From assembly GCF_009914755.1 (NCBI RefSeq), contig NC_060929.1: a stretch of DNA of 64,000 nt; one strand, given 5' to 3'. How positions within the stretch are numbered: position 1 is the first letter of the stretch; each line of letters starts with the position of its first letter. The notes under the pieces were generated by a model that had not been told where the DNA came from, did no database searches, and saw nothing but the letters and a program-made list of their open reading frames with translations. Positions 41,067 through 54,880 of the stretch are shown here, one piece after another. The translations under genes were made by a program, and so were the position numbers. The stretch comes from the human T2T-CHM13v2.0 reference genome, Homo sapiens.

Positions 41067-41358
41067 GGCTGGGTGTGGTGGCTCACTCCTATAATCCCAG
41101 CACTTTAGGAGGCTGAGGCAGGCAGATCACTTAAGGTCAGGATCACAGCCTGGCCAACATGGTGAAACCTCTTCTCTACTAAAAATACAGAAATTAGCCG
41201 GGCATGGTGATGTGCACCTGTAGTCTCAGCTACTCAGGAGGCTGAGGCAGGAGAATCGCTTGAACCCGGGAGGCAGAGGTAGTGAGCCAATATCGTGCCA
41301 CTGCACTCCAGCCTGGGCAACAAAGCAAGACTCCATCTCAAATAAATAAATAAATAAA
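41067..41358 (+). mobile_element. Alu (AluS) with small internal deletions and (TAAA)n tail
   Basis: Dimer; AGGTCAGGATCACAGCC lacks part of the B-box region; TSD ACTCAGG. Confidence 0.92.
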
Positions 41359-42119
41359 GACTCAGGTAGCTGTAACCACTAAATGGTCCTAATCCCTACT
41401 CTTCCCCCCATTGAAAGCACTGGCTGCAGAATGTAACCGACGGCCATAAAGTCTGGAAATGTAGGTGCCTAGTTGACTTATTGGATCATATTAGGTGGCT
41501 AATTGATGTCCTAGTGACTGGCTAGCAAGTCACTCAGAGTGGCTACAACAGAATGGCATACTGTCCACACACTGTTGATTGATAATTTCTAAAGCCTGAA
41601 TTGGGCCATGTGCACTTGTACAGTGGGCTAACATGTGTGCCAGATCCAAACTCTTCTGACATGCTAAAAGTGCAGATTTGCTTAGTGAATGTCAGAGGCA
41701 AGAATCACCTGGGACAGTGCATCATAGATATAAGTTCAAGGATAAGGGAAATGCATTAATGAACCACATTTGTTTCAGTTTCTCACAGTTCATTGAACTA
41801 CGCATTGCTAATGAGGAACAACAGAGTGAACATATTATGTAATATCACTGATCATATCACGTACTGTAATAGAATACCATGAAATCATTATTATGTATGT
41901 ACACCAATATTACAGAATTCATGGCCATACAGTAGTCACCATCTTGGTTTTCACCTTTTTCAATATCTTTCTTTAAAGTGTAGGGTCTGGATCTGAACAT
42001 TGTATTCCAGATGTGCTCTTACTGTAGTGGGTAAAGCAGGACCATCCTCCCCTCTTCTAGGTACCACAGTCTAAAAGCTTTCTGGCAGTCAGCGAACTCA
42101 GCGAACTCATATTGGCTTT

Positions 42120-43070
<951 letters not shown>

Positions 43071-43596
43071 AAAACAGCTATGTTTACATTTCCAAGATAT
43101 GTTCATTTTTAATTATCTTTTTAATTTGATTTATAATTTAATGGCACTAAAGTCAGAAAATGTATTCTGTGTGGCACTGTTGTTTGGCATTTCTTTGTGA
43201 ACTAGGACATTATTTTTGCAAATGGTTTAGTATAATTGAAAATAACGTAGATTCTCAATTTCTTGGGTGCAGAGCTCTACACATCCATTAGTTCAAACTA
43301 GTTAAATATGAGCATTCAGGGTGTCCACATTCTTGCTATTATTTGGTCAGCAGAATCTATCATTTTCTAATAGATTTTTGTTAAAATTTAATGCTAGCAT
43401 TTGCTAAATTTCCTTCATACTTCTGACAACTTTTAATTAATGTGTTTTAAGCTACATTGATAGATACATACCTAGTCATGATTTATAGCTTCCAGTCATA
43501 TTTTGTTGTTTTTATATGCAGTCTCTGTGGAGTACATGAATGCTTTTTGCCTTAAATACTGTTTTGTCTAATACTAATTTTGATACCCAGCTTTCT

Positions 43597-43796
43597 TTTT
43601 AACTTTTAAGTTCAGGGGTACATGCACAGCATGTGCAGATTTGTTACATAGGTAAATGTATGTCATGAGGGTTTATTGTACAGGTTATTTCATCACCCAG
43701 GTATTAAACCTATTAATAGTATCCATGAGTTATCTTTCCTGATCCTTTCCTTCCTCCCACCCTCCACCCTCTGATAGGCCCCAGTGGGTGGTGTTC
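43597..43796 (-). mobile_element. Very short L1PA 3' end (L1PA13-16-like)
   Basis: AACTTTTAAGTTCAGGGGTACATG...TTATTTCATCACCCAGGTATTAA; TSD CCCAGCTTTCT (43586-43596, 43797-43807). Confidence 0.85.
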
Positions 43797-43989
43797 CCCA
43801 GCTTTCTCTTAGTAAGACTTTGCCTAGGGTGTCTTTTGCCATATCTTTATTTCTAGCCTTTCTATATTGTTTTGCTTTAAATATCTCTTTTATAAGTAGT
43901 ATTTACTTGCAATTTTGTACATGTTATGGATATTTTCTATTCCTACTATCTTGGTTTGTATTTCTTCTCTACCATTCTCTTTCTTTTCA

Positions 43990-44305
43990 TCTTTTTTGTT
44001 TTTTGTTTCATTTTGTTTTTGTTGAGACAGAGCCTTGCTCTGTCGCCCAGCCTGGAGTGCAGTGGCTCAATCTCAGCTCACTGCCACTCTGCCTCCAGGG
44101 TTCAAGTGATTCTCCTGCCACAGCCTCCTGAGTAGCTGGGATTACAGGTGTGTGCTATCGCACCCAGCTAATTATTGTATTTTTAGTAGAGATGGGGTTT
44201 CATGATGTTGGCCAGGCTGGTCTTTAACTCCTGACCTCAAGTGATCCGCCTGCCTGGGCCTCCCAAAGTGCTGGGATGACAGGATGTGAGCCACTGTGCC
44301 TGGCC
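43990..44305 (-). mobile_element. Alu (AluSz-like)
   Basis: TTGAGACAGAGCCTTGCTC...CTGACCTCAAGTGATCC...GTGCCTGGCC. Confidence 0.92.
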
Positions 44306-44699
44306 CTTCTTTTCTCCTTTTTAAACATATTTTTTTTGGTCTTTCTTTCTGGCAGTTTCTTTTTTATTCCCTCTCTTTATGTTCTACTGGCTTATTAAGT
44401 ATTTATATTCTCTCTCTTAGATATGATATAGGGATCAGTCTGCTTTAACTGTCCAGTAACCTCTATAGCACCCTTTCCTCTCTCTCCCCCTGAATGTATA
44501 AACCTTGCAGCAGTGAGCTTCACTGCTGTCTCATCTCTTTGAGAACTCTTAAGGTCCCCTCTAATTCACTTGAGCTAAGCACACAATCACAGTCTCCGTG
44601 GCCTGCTTCTAGATCCTTATGCCAGCAAGCCTTTGGCTACAGCCTTCATGGTAGTTAGTATTTCTGCTTCTGGTCCACAAAGATGATAATCCCCCAAAA

Positions 44700-45416
44700 C
44701 TGTTTTACTGTGGTAAAATACACATGATATAAAATTTACCATGTTAACTGAAGTGTATAATTCAGTGGCATCGAGTACATTTATAATGTTGCACAACCAT
44801 CACCATCATCTAGTTCCATGATGCTTTTTATTACCCCAAACAGAAACGCCATATCCATTCAGCAATCACTTTTATCTCTTTCTCCAGCTCCTGGCAACTG
44901 CTAATCTACTTTCTTGTGGAATTGCCTACTCTGGATATTTCAGATAAATAGTATCATATAGTATGTGGCTTTTGTGTATAGTTCCTTTGACTTAGTGTAA
45001 TGTTTGCAAGGTTCATCCATGCTGTAGCATGTATCATACCTCATTTTTGCAGGGGAATAATATTCCACAGTATGGATATATCACATTTTGCTTATTCATT
45101 AATCTATTATTGGGCATTTGTATTGTTTCCGCCCTTTGATTATTATGAATAGTGCTACTATGAGCATTTGTGTACAAGTTTTTGTTTGAATATCTGTTTC
45201 CAATTCTTTCTGGTATATACTTAGGAGTAGAGTTGCTGAGTAATATGGGAATTCCACGCTTAACTTATTGAGGAACTGACAAGCTGTTTTTCATAGCAGT
45301 CGCACCCTTTTACATTCCCACCAGCAGTGTATGAGGGTTCCAGTTTCTCTACATTCTTGCCAATATATGTTATTTTCTGTTTTTTTTCTATTATAATTAT
45401 TCTAGTGGGTGTGAAG
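44700..45416 (-). mobile_element. L1MB-like 3' fragment
   Basis: TGTGGTAAAATACACATGATATAAAATTTACCAT...TTTTACATTCCCACCAGCAGTGTATGAGGGTTCCAGTTTCT. Confidence 0.82.
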
Positions 45417-46646
45417 AATTACCCAATTTTTAGCCTCATTTTAACTTACCGGGTTTCCATTTGTTGTTGTTGTTGTTAGCCTAACATTGCTGTGGGCTTG
45501 GAGCAAAAGAGTCAATCAAAACATGACCTGATCTCTCCAACCTGAAGTCTTTTATCAATTCTGGCCATATTTCTTAAGTAGACAATTGAATGAAGCACCC
45601 ATAAGCCAAAGTATCTGATCATATAGCCATTACTTTTCAAAGAGTGTGAAAGGAGATATTCTCTTTGTGGGACAGATAGACACATACTAATTGAAGCAAT
45701 CAAAGGTTGCTTCAAAAAATTTCCTCTTTTGACATCACCCCTTTCCAACCAAACTAATATAATGTAGACATTAGCTAGTTAAGTGAGGAGAGTGGAGAAT
45801 ATATGTGCTTTTCCTGTGAGAATTGACCTTCCTCAAAGGATTAGTGACGACTACAAAATCACTCCTCTTGTCTCTCTTTTGACCTGTCCACAAAATTAGA
45901 AATTTTGACCAGCCAAGAAAGAAATTTAGGGTACACAAAAATAATTAAGAAATGTACATATTACCTGTATTTTTCAATGCTTCTTCAATAATGGTCATGT
46001 TTTTATGAATATTTTTGTATTTTATATTAATGATATTTATGATTATGAACATATTGTTTATTCATGACTTTTTATGATCATAAAAACAATACATGGTCAT
46101 TTCTTTTCCCAATAAAAAAATTGGAAGCACATACTGTACTTCTTAAGAGCTTTACAGACTCAGCAGTCTTAGAGTATGAAGGTCTCAGCCTTGGATTTGG
46201 ATAATGAGCCTGGGATCCAGGTCAGGTTCTGCATGACCTGAAGATTACTGCTTAACTTTTCTGTAAATCTGAGAATCACGTGGACACAAAGTTGCAACTA
46301 CTTTGCCTCCGGTCATGAAATATTTTGTTTGAATACCCTCATTTTTGCCTGCCCTTCATGACTGCCCCACCCAGGTGAACCTGATTTAGGACCCCACATG
46401 GACTTAGTGTTTCATGTCCTAACTTTAATCAGCAGTTACTTAGCCTTTCTCCATTCTCCCCAAGCCTAGTTCTCTATGGCAGCTGGTGAAATTCATCCCT
46501 CCTCTCAGACTGGAAGGCTCACAGGTAAAGAACAGCATTGACTATGGAACCGTCAGACACCTTTTTGGTCAAGGTGCCTTCTTATGCATCCTGAATCATA
46601 CCAGAGAGTCAGCTAGATACACATTCTATGAAGGGATCTCTTCTTG

Positions 46647-46964
<318 letters not shown>

Positions 46965-46974
46965 TAATACTAAA

Positions 46975-47530
46975 TACTGTTAGCACATATTGAGTCCTCA
47001 CCCTTTACTCGGCACTATGCTGCCTGTTTTGCATATATCGTCTTCTCACAGACACCTATGAGGCAATGCTATTCTCTCCCCCATACTTTATAGGTGGGGA
47101 AATGGAGATACAGCAATTAAGTTAAACACCTGCTTAGCTGGTGGATGGTCAGGTTCTAGTTCCAGCCTGTCTGCCTAAAGCCATGCTCTTAATCACTACA
47201 TAGAAAGCAGAAACTGACCATATCCTAACATCACTGTCAGTTTGATGGAGCTGACAGAGCTTAGCAACCATCAGTGCCAAATTAACCCCCTATTTAAAAA
47301 TATAAGTCCAGAGGTACAAACATGATGCTAAATTCCTTATACATGCTATTTAATCAATTTAGTTCTGTAAGGGAGGTACTGTTACTATCTCCATTTTGTA
47401 CATTATTATCCCCATTTTCTAGCTAAAGAAACTAAGGCTGTGTAATCTAGGGTTACTGGTTCAGAAATAGCACAGCTAGGATGTTAATTCAGGGCTCTGT
47501 GCCTCCAAAGCCCTAATTAACCACAACAGC
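46975..47530 (-). mobile_element. Two MIR fragments (about 46975-47200 and 47320-47530)
   Basis: CTTTATAGGTGGGGAAATGGAG; ATTATTATCCCCATTTTCTAGCTAAAGAAACTAAGGCT. Confidence 0.55.
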
Positions 47531-49089
47531 ACACCACAAAGAAAGGCTCGAGTAACCCCAGGGTTAGTAGTCTGGGCTTTGGGTTTTTTTTCCCTGTGTT
47601 ATTCTGATTTTTTAAGAGGTCATACCTCCTTCAAATCAGTCAGCATTAGACTAGGCATATTTCCTCTACAACAAATCAGATTGTATCTCTCCCATGACAT
47701 AAGCCAGTCTCTATGTAGTTGTTTTTCTCTCCGTGTTAGTAATTCGAATCTCAACTTGCACTTCTCCCTGAAAGACTCACATTGACTTTATCCAAACTTT
47801 TCCTGAAAGAGGGGTTTTGACTCCCCAGAATGCCATGCACCATTCTGTGAAAGGTCAAAATCCAAAGCAACAGGGCCTCACTGATGGAGGGAGGAAAAAT
47901 ATGCAAAGAGAACCAAAGAATGTGTGGGGGCCAGCCACAAAGCCCAGACTTGTGCTCTCAGATCTGCGGGAGCTCTTGGCCACTGCAAGGCCAAGAACAC
48001 CTTGCATGGAAGAGCCCTGTTTGCAAATGTGGCCAAAAGCCAGAGAAGTTTAGCCCACGGAGTTTCTGCAGCAAAGAGTGGGGTGGAACAGTCTTGTCTG
48101 TATTGCTATCTGTGCCATGAAATTAACCTTCCATGTGAAAAGCGTATCTTAATCTTGGTATCAGTCAAGTTTTAATGCTTTAATATTGGAATGTGATTGA
48201 CTTCATGGGGAAGAGACAGCTGCCTCCTTGAACTGCAGGGTTCTCTCTGCTTACTGGCTTTCTCAGAAACCATGGTCAAGTCTCTCTCCCTATCTATGAA
48301 GAATTCCCTAACTGTCCAACCAGTGCTGAAGTCTTTTCTTCATCACAGGTCTTAAACTTACAGCTTAGACTACACATTCCACTGTAGTAGAACAAGCGGA
48401 AAGTGCTCAACTCTAGAGTGCTAGTCCTATCTTTGCAATTTACCAGTATGCAAGTCTGGGTAAGTTGTGCTCCACACTCAGCCTCAGTCTCCCCATGTAT
48501 AAAATGGCAATTATACTTACTCACCAGGACTGTAGACATTAAGCCATCCAACAAGTTCTATTGAGAGTCCACCAGATGTGAGGATAGCTACGAAGCCCTT
48601 TCCTGGTTTTAAAGAGATAAACCATAGATAGCTAAGTCATAACTTGTATATATAAAGCAATCATTAAAGTAGCATTCCCTAAAATGGGTCCCATTAACAT
48701 GTACTTTAAGCAAAAAAAAATATGATTAAATAAATTTTGGAGCGATTGGGTACACAAAGGTACACAAGTTATGTTGACATAGGACTTCTCAGAGCAAATA
48801 AAATACTAACATGGACTGTGCAACTAGAAGGTAGGGGAGAGTATATTGAATTGCCTAAACTATTTTACTCATAAAAATTTGGGAGCTCAAATTTTTTTAA
48901 TACTTTAAGTTCTAGGGTACACGTGCACAACATGCAGGTTTGTTACATAGGTATACCTGTGCCATGTTGGTGTGCTGCACCCATTAACCTGTCATTTACA
49001 TTAGGTATTTCTCTTAATGCTATTCCTCCCCCTGCCCCCCACCCCACAATAGACCCCGGGGTGTGATGTTCCCCTCCCTGTGTCCAAGT

Positions 49090-52000
49090 GTTCTCCTTGT
49101 TCATTTCCCACCTATGAGTGAGAACATGCGGTGTTTGGTTTTCTGTCCTTCTGATAGTTTGCTCAGAATGATGGTTTCCAGCTGCATCCATGTCCCTGCA
49201 AAGGACGTGAACTCATTCTTTTTCATGGCTACATAGTATTCCATGGTGTATATGTGCCACATTTTCTTCATCCAGTCTATCATTGATGGACATTTGGGTT
49301 GGTTCCAAGTCTTTGCTATTGTGAATAGTGCCGCAATAAACATACATGTGCGTGTGTCTTTATAGTAGCATGATTTATAATCCTTTCGGTATATACCCAG
49401 TAATAAGATCACTGAGTCAAACGGTATTTCTAGTTCTAGATCCTTGAGGAATTGCCACACTGTCTTCCACAATGGTTGAACTAGTTTACACTCCCACCAA
49501 CAGTGTAAAAGCGTTCCTATTTCTCCACATCCTCTCCAGCACTTGTTGTTTCCCAATTTTATAATGATCGCCATTCTAACTGGTGTGAGATGGTATCTCA
49601 TTGTGTTTTTTATTTGCATTTCTCTTATGACCAGTGATGATAAGCATTTTTTCATGTGTCTGTTGGCTGCATAAATGTCTTCTTTTGAAAAGTGTCTGTT
49701 CATATCCTTTGCCCACTTTTTGATGGGGTTTTTTTTTCTTGTAAATGTAAGTTCTTTGTACATTCTGGATATTAGCCTTTTGTTAGATGGGTAGATTGCA
49801 ACAATTTTCTCCCATTCTGTAGGTTACCTGTTCACTCTGATGGTACTTTCTTTCGCTGTGCAGAAGCTCTTTAGTTTAATTTTTTTCCCATTTGTCTATT
49901 TTGGCTTTTGTTGCCATTGCTTTTGGTGTTTTAGACATGAAGTCCTTGCCCATGCCTATTTCCTGAATCGTATTGCCTAGGTTTTCTTCTAGGGTTTTTA
50001 TGGTTTTAGGTCTAACATTTAAGTCTTTAATCCATCTTGAATTAATTTTTCTATAAAGTGTAAGGAAGGGATCCAGTTTCAGCTTTCTACATACGGCTAG
50101 CCAGTTTTCCCAGCACCATTTATTAAATAGGGAATCCTTTCCCCATTTCTTGTTTTTGTCAGGTTTGTCAAAGATCAGATGGTTGTAGATGTGTGGTGTG
50201 ATTTCTGAGGGCTCTGTTCTGTTCCATTGGTCTATATCTCTGTTTTGGTACCATTACCATGCTATTTTGGTTGCTGTAGCCTTGTGGAATGGTTTGAAGT
50301 CAGGTAAAGTGATTCCTCCAGCTTTGTTCTTTTTGCTTAGGATTGTCTTGGCAATGAGGGCTATTTTATTTCCATATGAACTTTAAAGTAGTTTTTTCCA
50401 ATTCTGTGAAGAAAGTCATTGGTATCTTGATGGGAATGGCATTGAATCTATAAACTACCTTGGGCAGTATGGCCATTTTCACAATATTTATCCTTCCTAT
50501 CCATGAGCGTGGAATGTTCTTCCATTTGTTTGCATCCTCTTTTACTTCGTTGAGCAGTGGTTTGTAGTTCTCCTTGAAGAGGTCCTTCACATCCCTTGTA
50601 AATTGGATTTCTAGGTATTTTATTCCCTTTGTAGCAATTGTGAATGGGAGTTCACTCATGATTTGGCTCTGTGTTTGTCTATTATTGGTGTATAGGAATG
50701 CTTGTGATTTTTGCTCATTAATTTTGTATCCTGAGACTTTGCTGAAGTTGCTTATCAGCTTAAGGAGATTTTGGGCTGAGGCAATGGGGTTTTCTAAATA
50801 TACAATCATGTCATCTGCAAACAGGGACAAGTTGACTTCCTCTTTTCCTAATTGAATACCCTTTATTTCTTTCTCTTCCTGATTGCCCTGGCCAGAACTT
50901 GCAACACTATGTTGAATAGGAGTGGTGAGAGAGGGCATCCCTGTTTTGTGCCAGTTTTCAAAGGATGCTTCCAGTTTTTGCCCATTTAGTATGATATTGG
51001 CTGTAGGTTTGTCATAAATAGCTCTTATTATTTTGAGATATGTCCCATCAATACCTAGTTTATTGAGAGTTTTTAGCATGAAGGGCTGTTGAATTTTGTC
51101 AAAGGCTTTTCCTGCATCTATTGAGATAATCATGTGGTTTTTGTTGTTGGTTCTGTTTATGTGATGGGTTACATTTATTGATTTGCATATGTTGAACCAG
51201 CCTTGCATCCCAGGAATGAAGCCACTTGATCATGGTGGATAAGCTTTTCGATGTGCTGCTGGATTCGATTTGCCAGTATTTTATTGAGGATTTTTGCATC
51301 GATGTTCATCAGGGATATTGGTCTAAAATTCTCTTTTTTTTGTAGTGTCTCTGCCAGGCTTTGATATCAGGATGATGCTGGCCTCATCAAATGAGTTAGG
51401 GAGGATTCCCTCTTTTTCTATTGATTGGAATAGTTTCAGAAGGAATGGTACCAGCTCCTCTTTGTACCTCTGGAAGAATTCAGCTGTGAATCCATCTGGT
51501 CCTGGACTTCTTTTGGTTGGTAGGCTATTAATTATTACCTCAATTTCAGAGCCTGTTATTGGTCTATTCAGAGATTCAACTTCTTCCTGGCTTAGTCTTG
51601 GGAGGTTGTATGTGTCTAGGAATTTATCCACTTCTTCTAGATTTTCTGGTTTATTTGTGTAGAAGTGTTTATAGTATTCTCTGATGGTAGTTTGTATTTC
51701 TGTGGGATTGGTGGTGATATCCCCATTATCATGTTTTATTGCATCTATTTGAGTCTTCTCTCTTTTCTTCTGTATTAGTCTTGCTAGTGGTCTATCAATT
51801 TTGTTGATCTTTTCAAAAAACCAGCTCCTGGATTCATTGATTCTTTTGAAGGGTTTTTTGTGTCTCTATGTCCTTCAGTTCTGCTCTGATCTTAGTTATT
51901 TCTTGCCTTCTGCTAACTTTTGAATGTGTTTGCTCTTCTCTAGTTCTTTTCATTGTGGTGTTAGGGTGTCGATTTTAGATCTTTCCTGCTTTTTCTTGTG

Positions 52001-52913
52001 GGCATTTAGTGCTATAAATTTCCCTCTACACATTGCTTTAAATGTGTCCCAGAGATTCTGGTATGTTGTGTCTTTGTTCTCATTGGTTTCAAAGAACATC
52101 CTTATTTCTGCCTTCATTTCGTGATGTACCCAGTAGTCATTCAGGAGCAGGTTGTTCAGTTTCCATGTAGTTGAGTGGTTTTGAGTGTGTTTCTTAATCC
52201 TGAGTTCTAATTTGATTGCACTGTGATCTGAGAGATAGTTTGTTGTGATTTCTGCTCTTTTACATTTGCTGAGGAATGCTTTATTTCCAATTATGTGGTC
52301 AATTTTGGAAGAAGTGTGATGTGGTCCTGAGAAGAATGTATATTCTGTTGATTTGGGGTGGAGAGTTCTGCAGGTCTCTTTCAGGTCCACTTGGTGCAGA
52401 GCTGAGTTCAAGTCCTGGATATCATTGTTAACCTTCTGTCTCGTTGATCTGTCTAATATTGACAGTGGGGTGTTAAAGTATCCCATTATTATTGTGTGGG
52501 AGTCTAATTCTCTTTGTAGGTCTCTAAGGACTTGCTTTATGAATCTGGGTGCTCCTGTATTGGGTGCATATATATTTAGGATAGTTAGCTCCTCTTATTG
52601 ACTTGATCCCTTTACCATTATGTAATGACCTTCTTTGTCTCTTTTATTCTTTGTTGGTTTAAAGTCTGTTTTATCAGAGACTAGGATTGCAACTCCTGCT
52701 ATTTTTTTGTTTTCCATTTGCTTGGTAGATCTTCCTCCATCCCCTTATTTTGAGCCTATGTGTGTCTGTGCACGTGAGGTGGGTCTCCTGAATACAGCAC
52801 ACTGATGGGTCTTGACTCTTTATCCAATTTGCCAGTCTGTGTCTTTTAACTGGGGAATTTAGCCCATTTACATTTAAGGTTAATATTGTTATGTGTGAAT
52901 TTGATCCTGTGAT
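49090..52913 (-). pseudogene. L1 ORF2 remnant (EN/RT), fragmented
   Basis: ORFs 51950-52486, 51323-51631, 50366-51208 and 49101-49763 are separate ORF2 pieces; the start codon reads ATC (GAT at 52911-52913 on +) instead of ATG. Confidence 0.9.
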
Positions 52914-52976
52914 TATGATTTTAGCTGGATATTTTGCCCTTTAGTTGATGCAGTTTCTTCCTAGCATTGATGGTCT

Positions 52977-53987
52977 TTACAATTTGGCATGTTTTTGCAG
53001 TGGCTGGTACAGGTTGTTCCTTTCCATGTTTAGTGCTTCCTTCAGGAGCTCTTGTAAGGCAGGCCTGGTGGTGACAAAATCTCTCAGTATTTGCTTGTCT
53101 GTAAAGGATTTTATTTCTCCTTCACTTATGAAGCTTATTTCGGCTGAATATGAAATTCTGGGTTGAAAACTCTTTTCTTTAAGAATGCTGAATATTGTCC
53201 CCCACTCTCTACTGGCTTGCAGATCTTCTGCTGAGAGATCCTCTGTTAGTCTGTTGGGCTTCCCTTTGTGGGTAACCCAACCGTTCTCTTTGGCTGCCTT
53301 TAACATTTTTCCTTCATTTCAACCTTGGTGAGTCTGACAATTATGTGTCTTGGGGTTGTTCTTCTTGAGGAGTATCTTTGTGGTGTTCTCTGTATTTACT
53401 GAATTCTAATGTTGGCCTGCTTTGCTAGGTTGGGGAACACTCCGAAGAGTGTTTTCCAACTTGGTTCCATTCTCCCAGTCACTTTCAGGTACACCAATGA
53501 AACGTAGATTTGGTCTTTTCACATGGTCTGATATTTCTTGGAGGCTTTGTTCGTTTCTCTTTACTCTTTTTTCTCTAAACTTCTCTTCTTGCTTATTTCA
53601 TTAATTTGATCTTCAATCACTGATAACCTTTTCTTCTACTTGATTGAATCAGCTATTGAAGCTTGTGCATGCATCACATAGTTCTAGTGCCATGGTTTTC
53701 AGCTCCATCAGGTCATTTAAGCTCTTCTCTACACTATTTATTCTAGTTAGCCATTCATCTAATCTTTTTTCAAGGTTTTTAGCTTCCTTGTGATGGGTTC
53801 GAACATCCTCCTATAGCTCGGAGATGTTTGTTATTACCAACCTTCTGAAGCCTACTTCTGTCAGCTCTTTAAAGTCATTCTCCATCCCACTTTTTTCCGT
53901 TGCTGGTGAGGAGCTGCTATCCTTTGGAGGAGAAGAGGTGCTCTGATTTTTAGAATTTTCAGCTTTTCTCCTCCGGTTTCTCCTCAT
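52977..53987 (-). pseudogene. L1 ORF1 remnant
   Basis: ORF 52977-53306 (...FQPRISY...RPALQELLKEAL...QKHAKL) is the ORF1p C-terminus; ATG at 53985-53987; the upstream part is broken. Confidence 0.85.
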
Positions 53988-54399
53988 CTTTGTGGTTTTG
54001 TCTATCTTTGGTCTTTGATGTTGGTGACCTTCAGATGGGGTTTTGGTGTGGATGTCCTTTTTGTTGATGTTGATGCTATTCCTTTCTGTTTGTTAGTTTT
54101 CCTTCTGTCACGTCCCTCAGCTGCAGGTCTTTTGGAGTTTGCTGGAGGTCCACTCCAGACCCTGTTTGCCTGAGTATCGCCAGCGGAGGCTGCAGAACAG
54201 CAAATATTGCAGAACAGCAAATATTGCTGCCTGATCCTTCTTCTGGAAGCTTCATCCCAGAGGGGCACCTGCCTGTATGAGGTGTTAGTTGGCCCCTACT
54301 GGGAGGTGTCTCCCAGTTAGGCTACATGGGGTTCAGGGGCCCACTAGAGGAGGCAGTCTGTCCATTCTCCAAGCCCAAACGCTGTGCTGGGAGAACCGC

Positions 54400-54620
54400 T
54401 GCTCTCTTCAGAGCTGTCAGACAGGGACGTTTAAGTCTGCAAAAGTTTCTGCTGCCTTTTTTTCAGCTATACCCTGCCCCCTGAGTTGGAGTCTACAGAG
54501 GCAGCAGGCCTGGCTGAGCTGCATTGAGCTCTGTCAGGTTCAAGCTTCCCTGGGCGCTTTGTTTACCTACTCAAGCCTCAGCAATGGTGGATGCCCCACC
54601 CCCTGCCAGGCTGCTGCCTC
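54400..54620 (+). promoter_or_regulatory. Position of the L1 antisense promoter (ASP), oriented toward the SGCD exon
   Basis: Inferred from the known ASP location at about nt 400-600 of the L1PA 5'UTR; many CpGs are decayed and activity is unknown. Confidence 0.4.
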
Positions 54621-54880
54621 GCAGGTTGATCTCAGACTGCTGCGCTAGCAGTGAGCAAGGCTCTGTGGGTGTGGGACCTGCTGAACTAGGCATGGGATAT
54701 AACCTCCCGGTGTGCCATTTGCTAAGACCATTGGAAAAGTGCAGTATTTGGATGGGAGGGTCCTGTTTTTCCAGGTACCATCTGAAATGGCTTCCCTTGG
54801 CTAGGAAAGAGAAATTCCCCAACCTCCTGTGCTTCCCTGGTGAGGCGATGCCCTGCCCTGCTTCAGCTCACCCTCCATAG
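54584..54880 (+). CDS. L1 ORF0 homolog (antisense ORF in the L1 5'UTR), 98 codons, open
   Basis: MVDAPPPARLLPRRLISDCCASSEQGSVGVGPAELGMGYNL...FSR aligns by eye with L1HS ORF0 (MAGAPPPASLPPCSLISDCCASNQRDSVGVGPSEPG...FSR); Kozak GCAATGG. Expression is not shown. Confidence 0.6.
   Translation: MVDAPPPARLLPRRLISDCCASSEQGSVGVGPAELGMGYNLPVCHLLRPLEKCSIWMGGSCFSRYHLKWLPLARKEKFPNLLCFPGEAMPCPASAHPP

Larger units (their letters stand above)
43100..44400 (-). mobile_element. Highly degraded L1M fragments (host of the L1PA tail and an Alu)
   Basis: AAAGTCAGAAAATGTATTC, GGGTGCAGAGCTCTAC and TACCCAGCTTTCTT resemble antisense L1 endonuclease region. Confidence 0.45.

Noticed and set aside
49101-53306. Long ORFs as an active retrotransposon or a domesticated gene
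   Set aside because: They are frameshifted pieces of L1 ORF1/ORF2, and the ORF2 start codon is mutated.
54192-54228. Tandem GCAGAACAGCAAATATT repeat in the L1 5'UTR
   Set aside because: As I recall this is a feature of this L1PA age class, not a locus-specific event.
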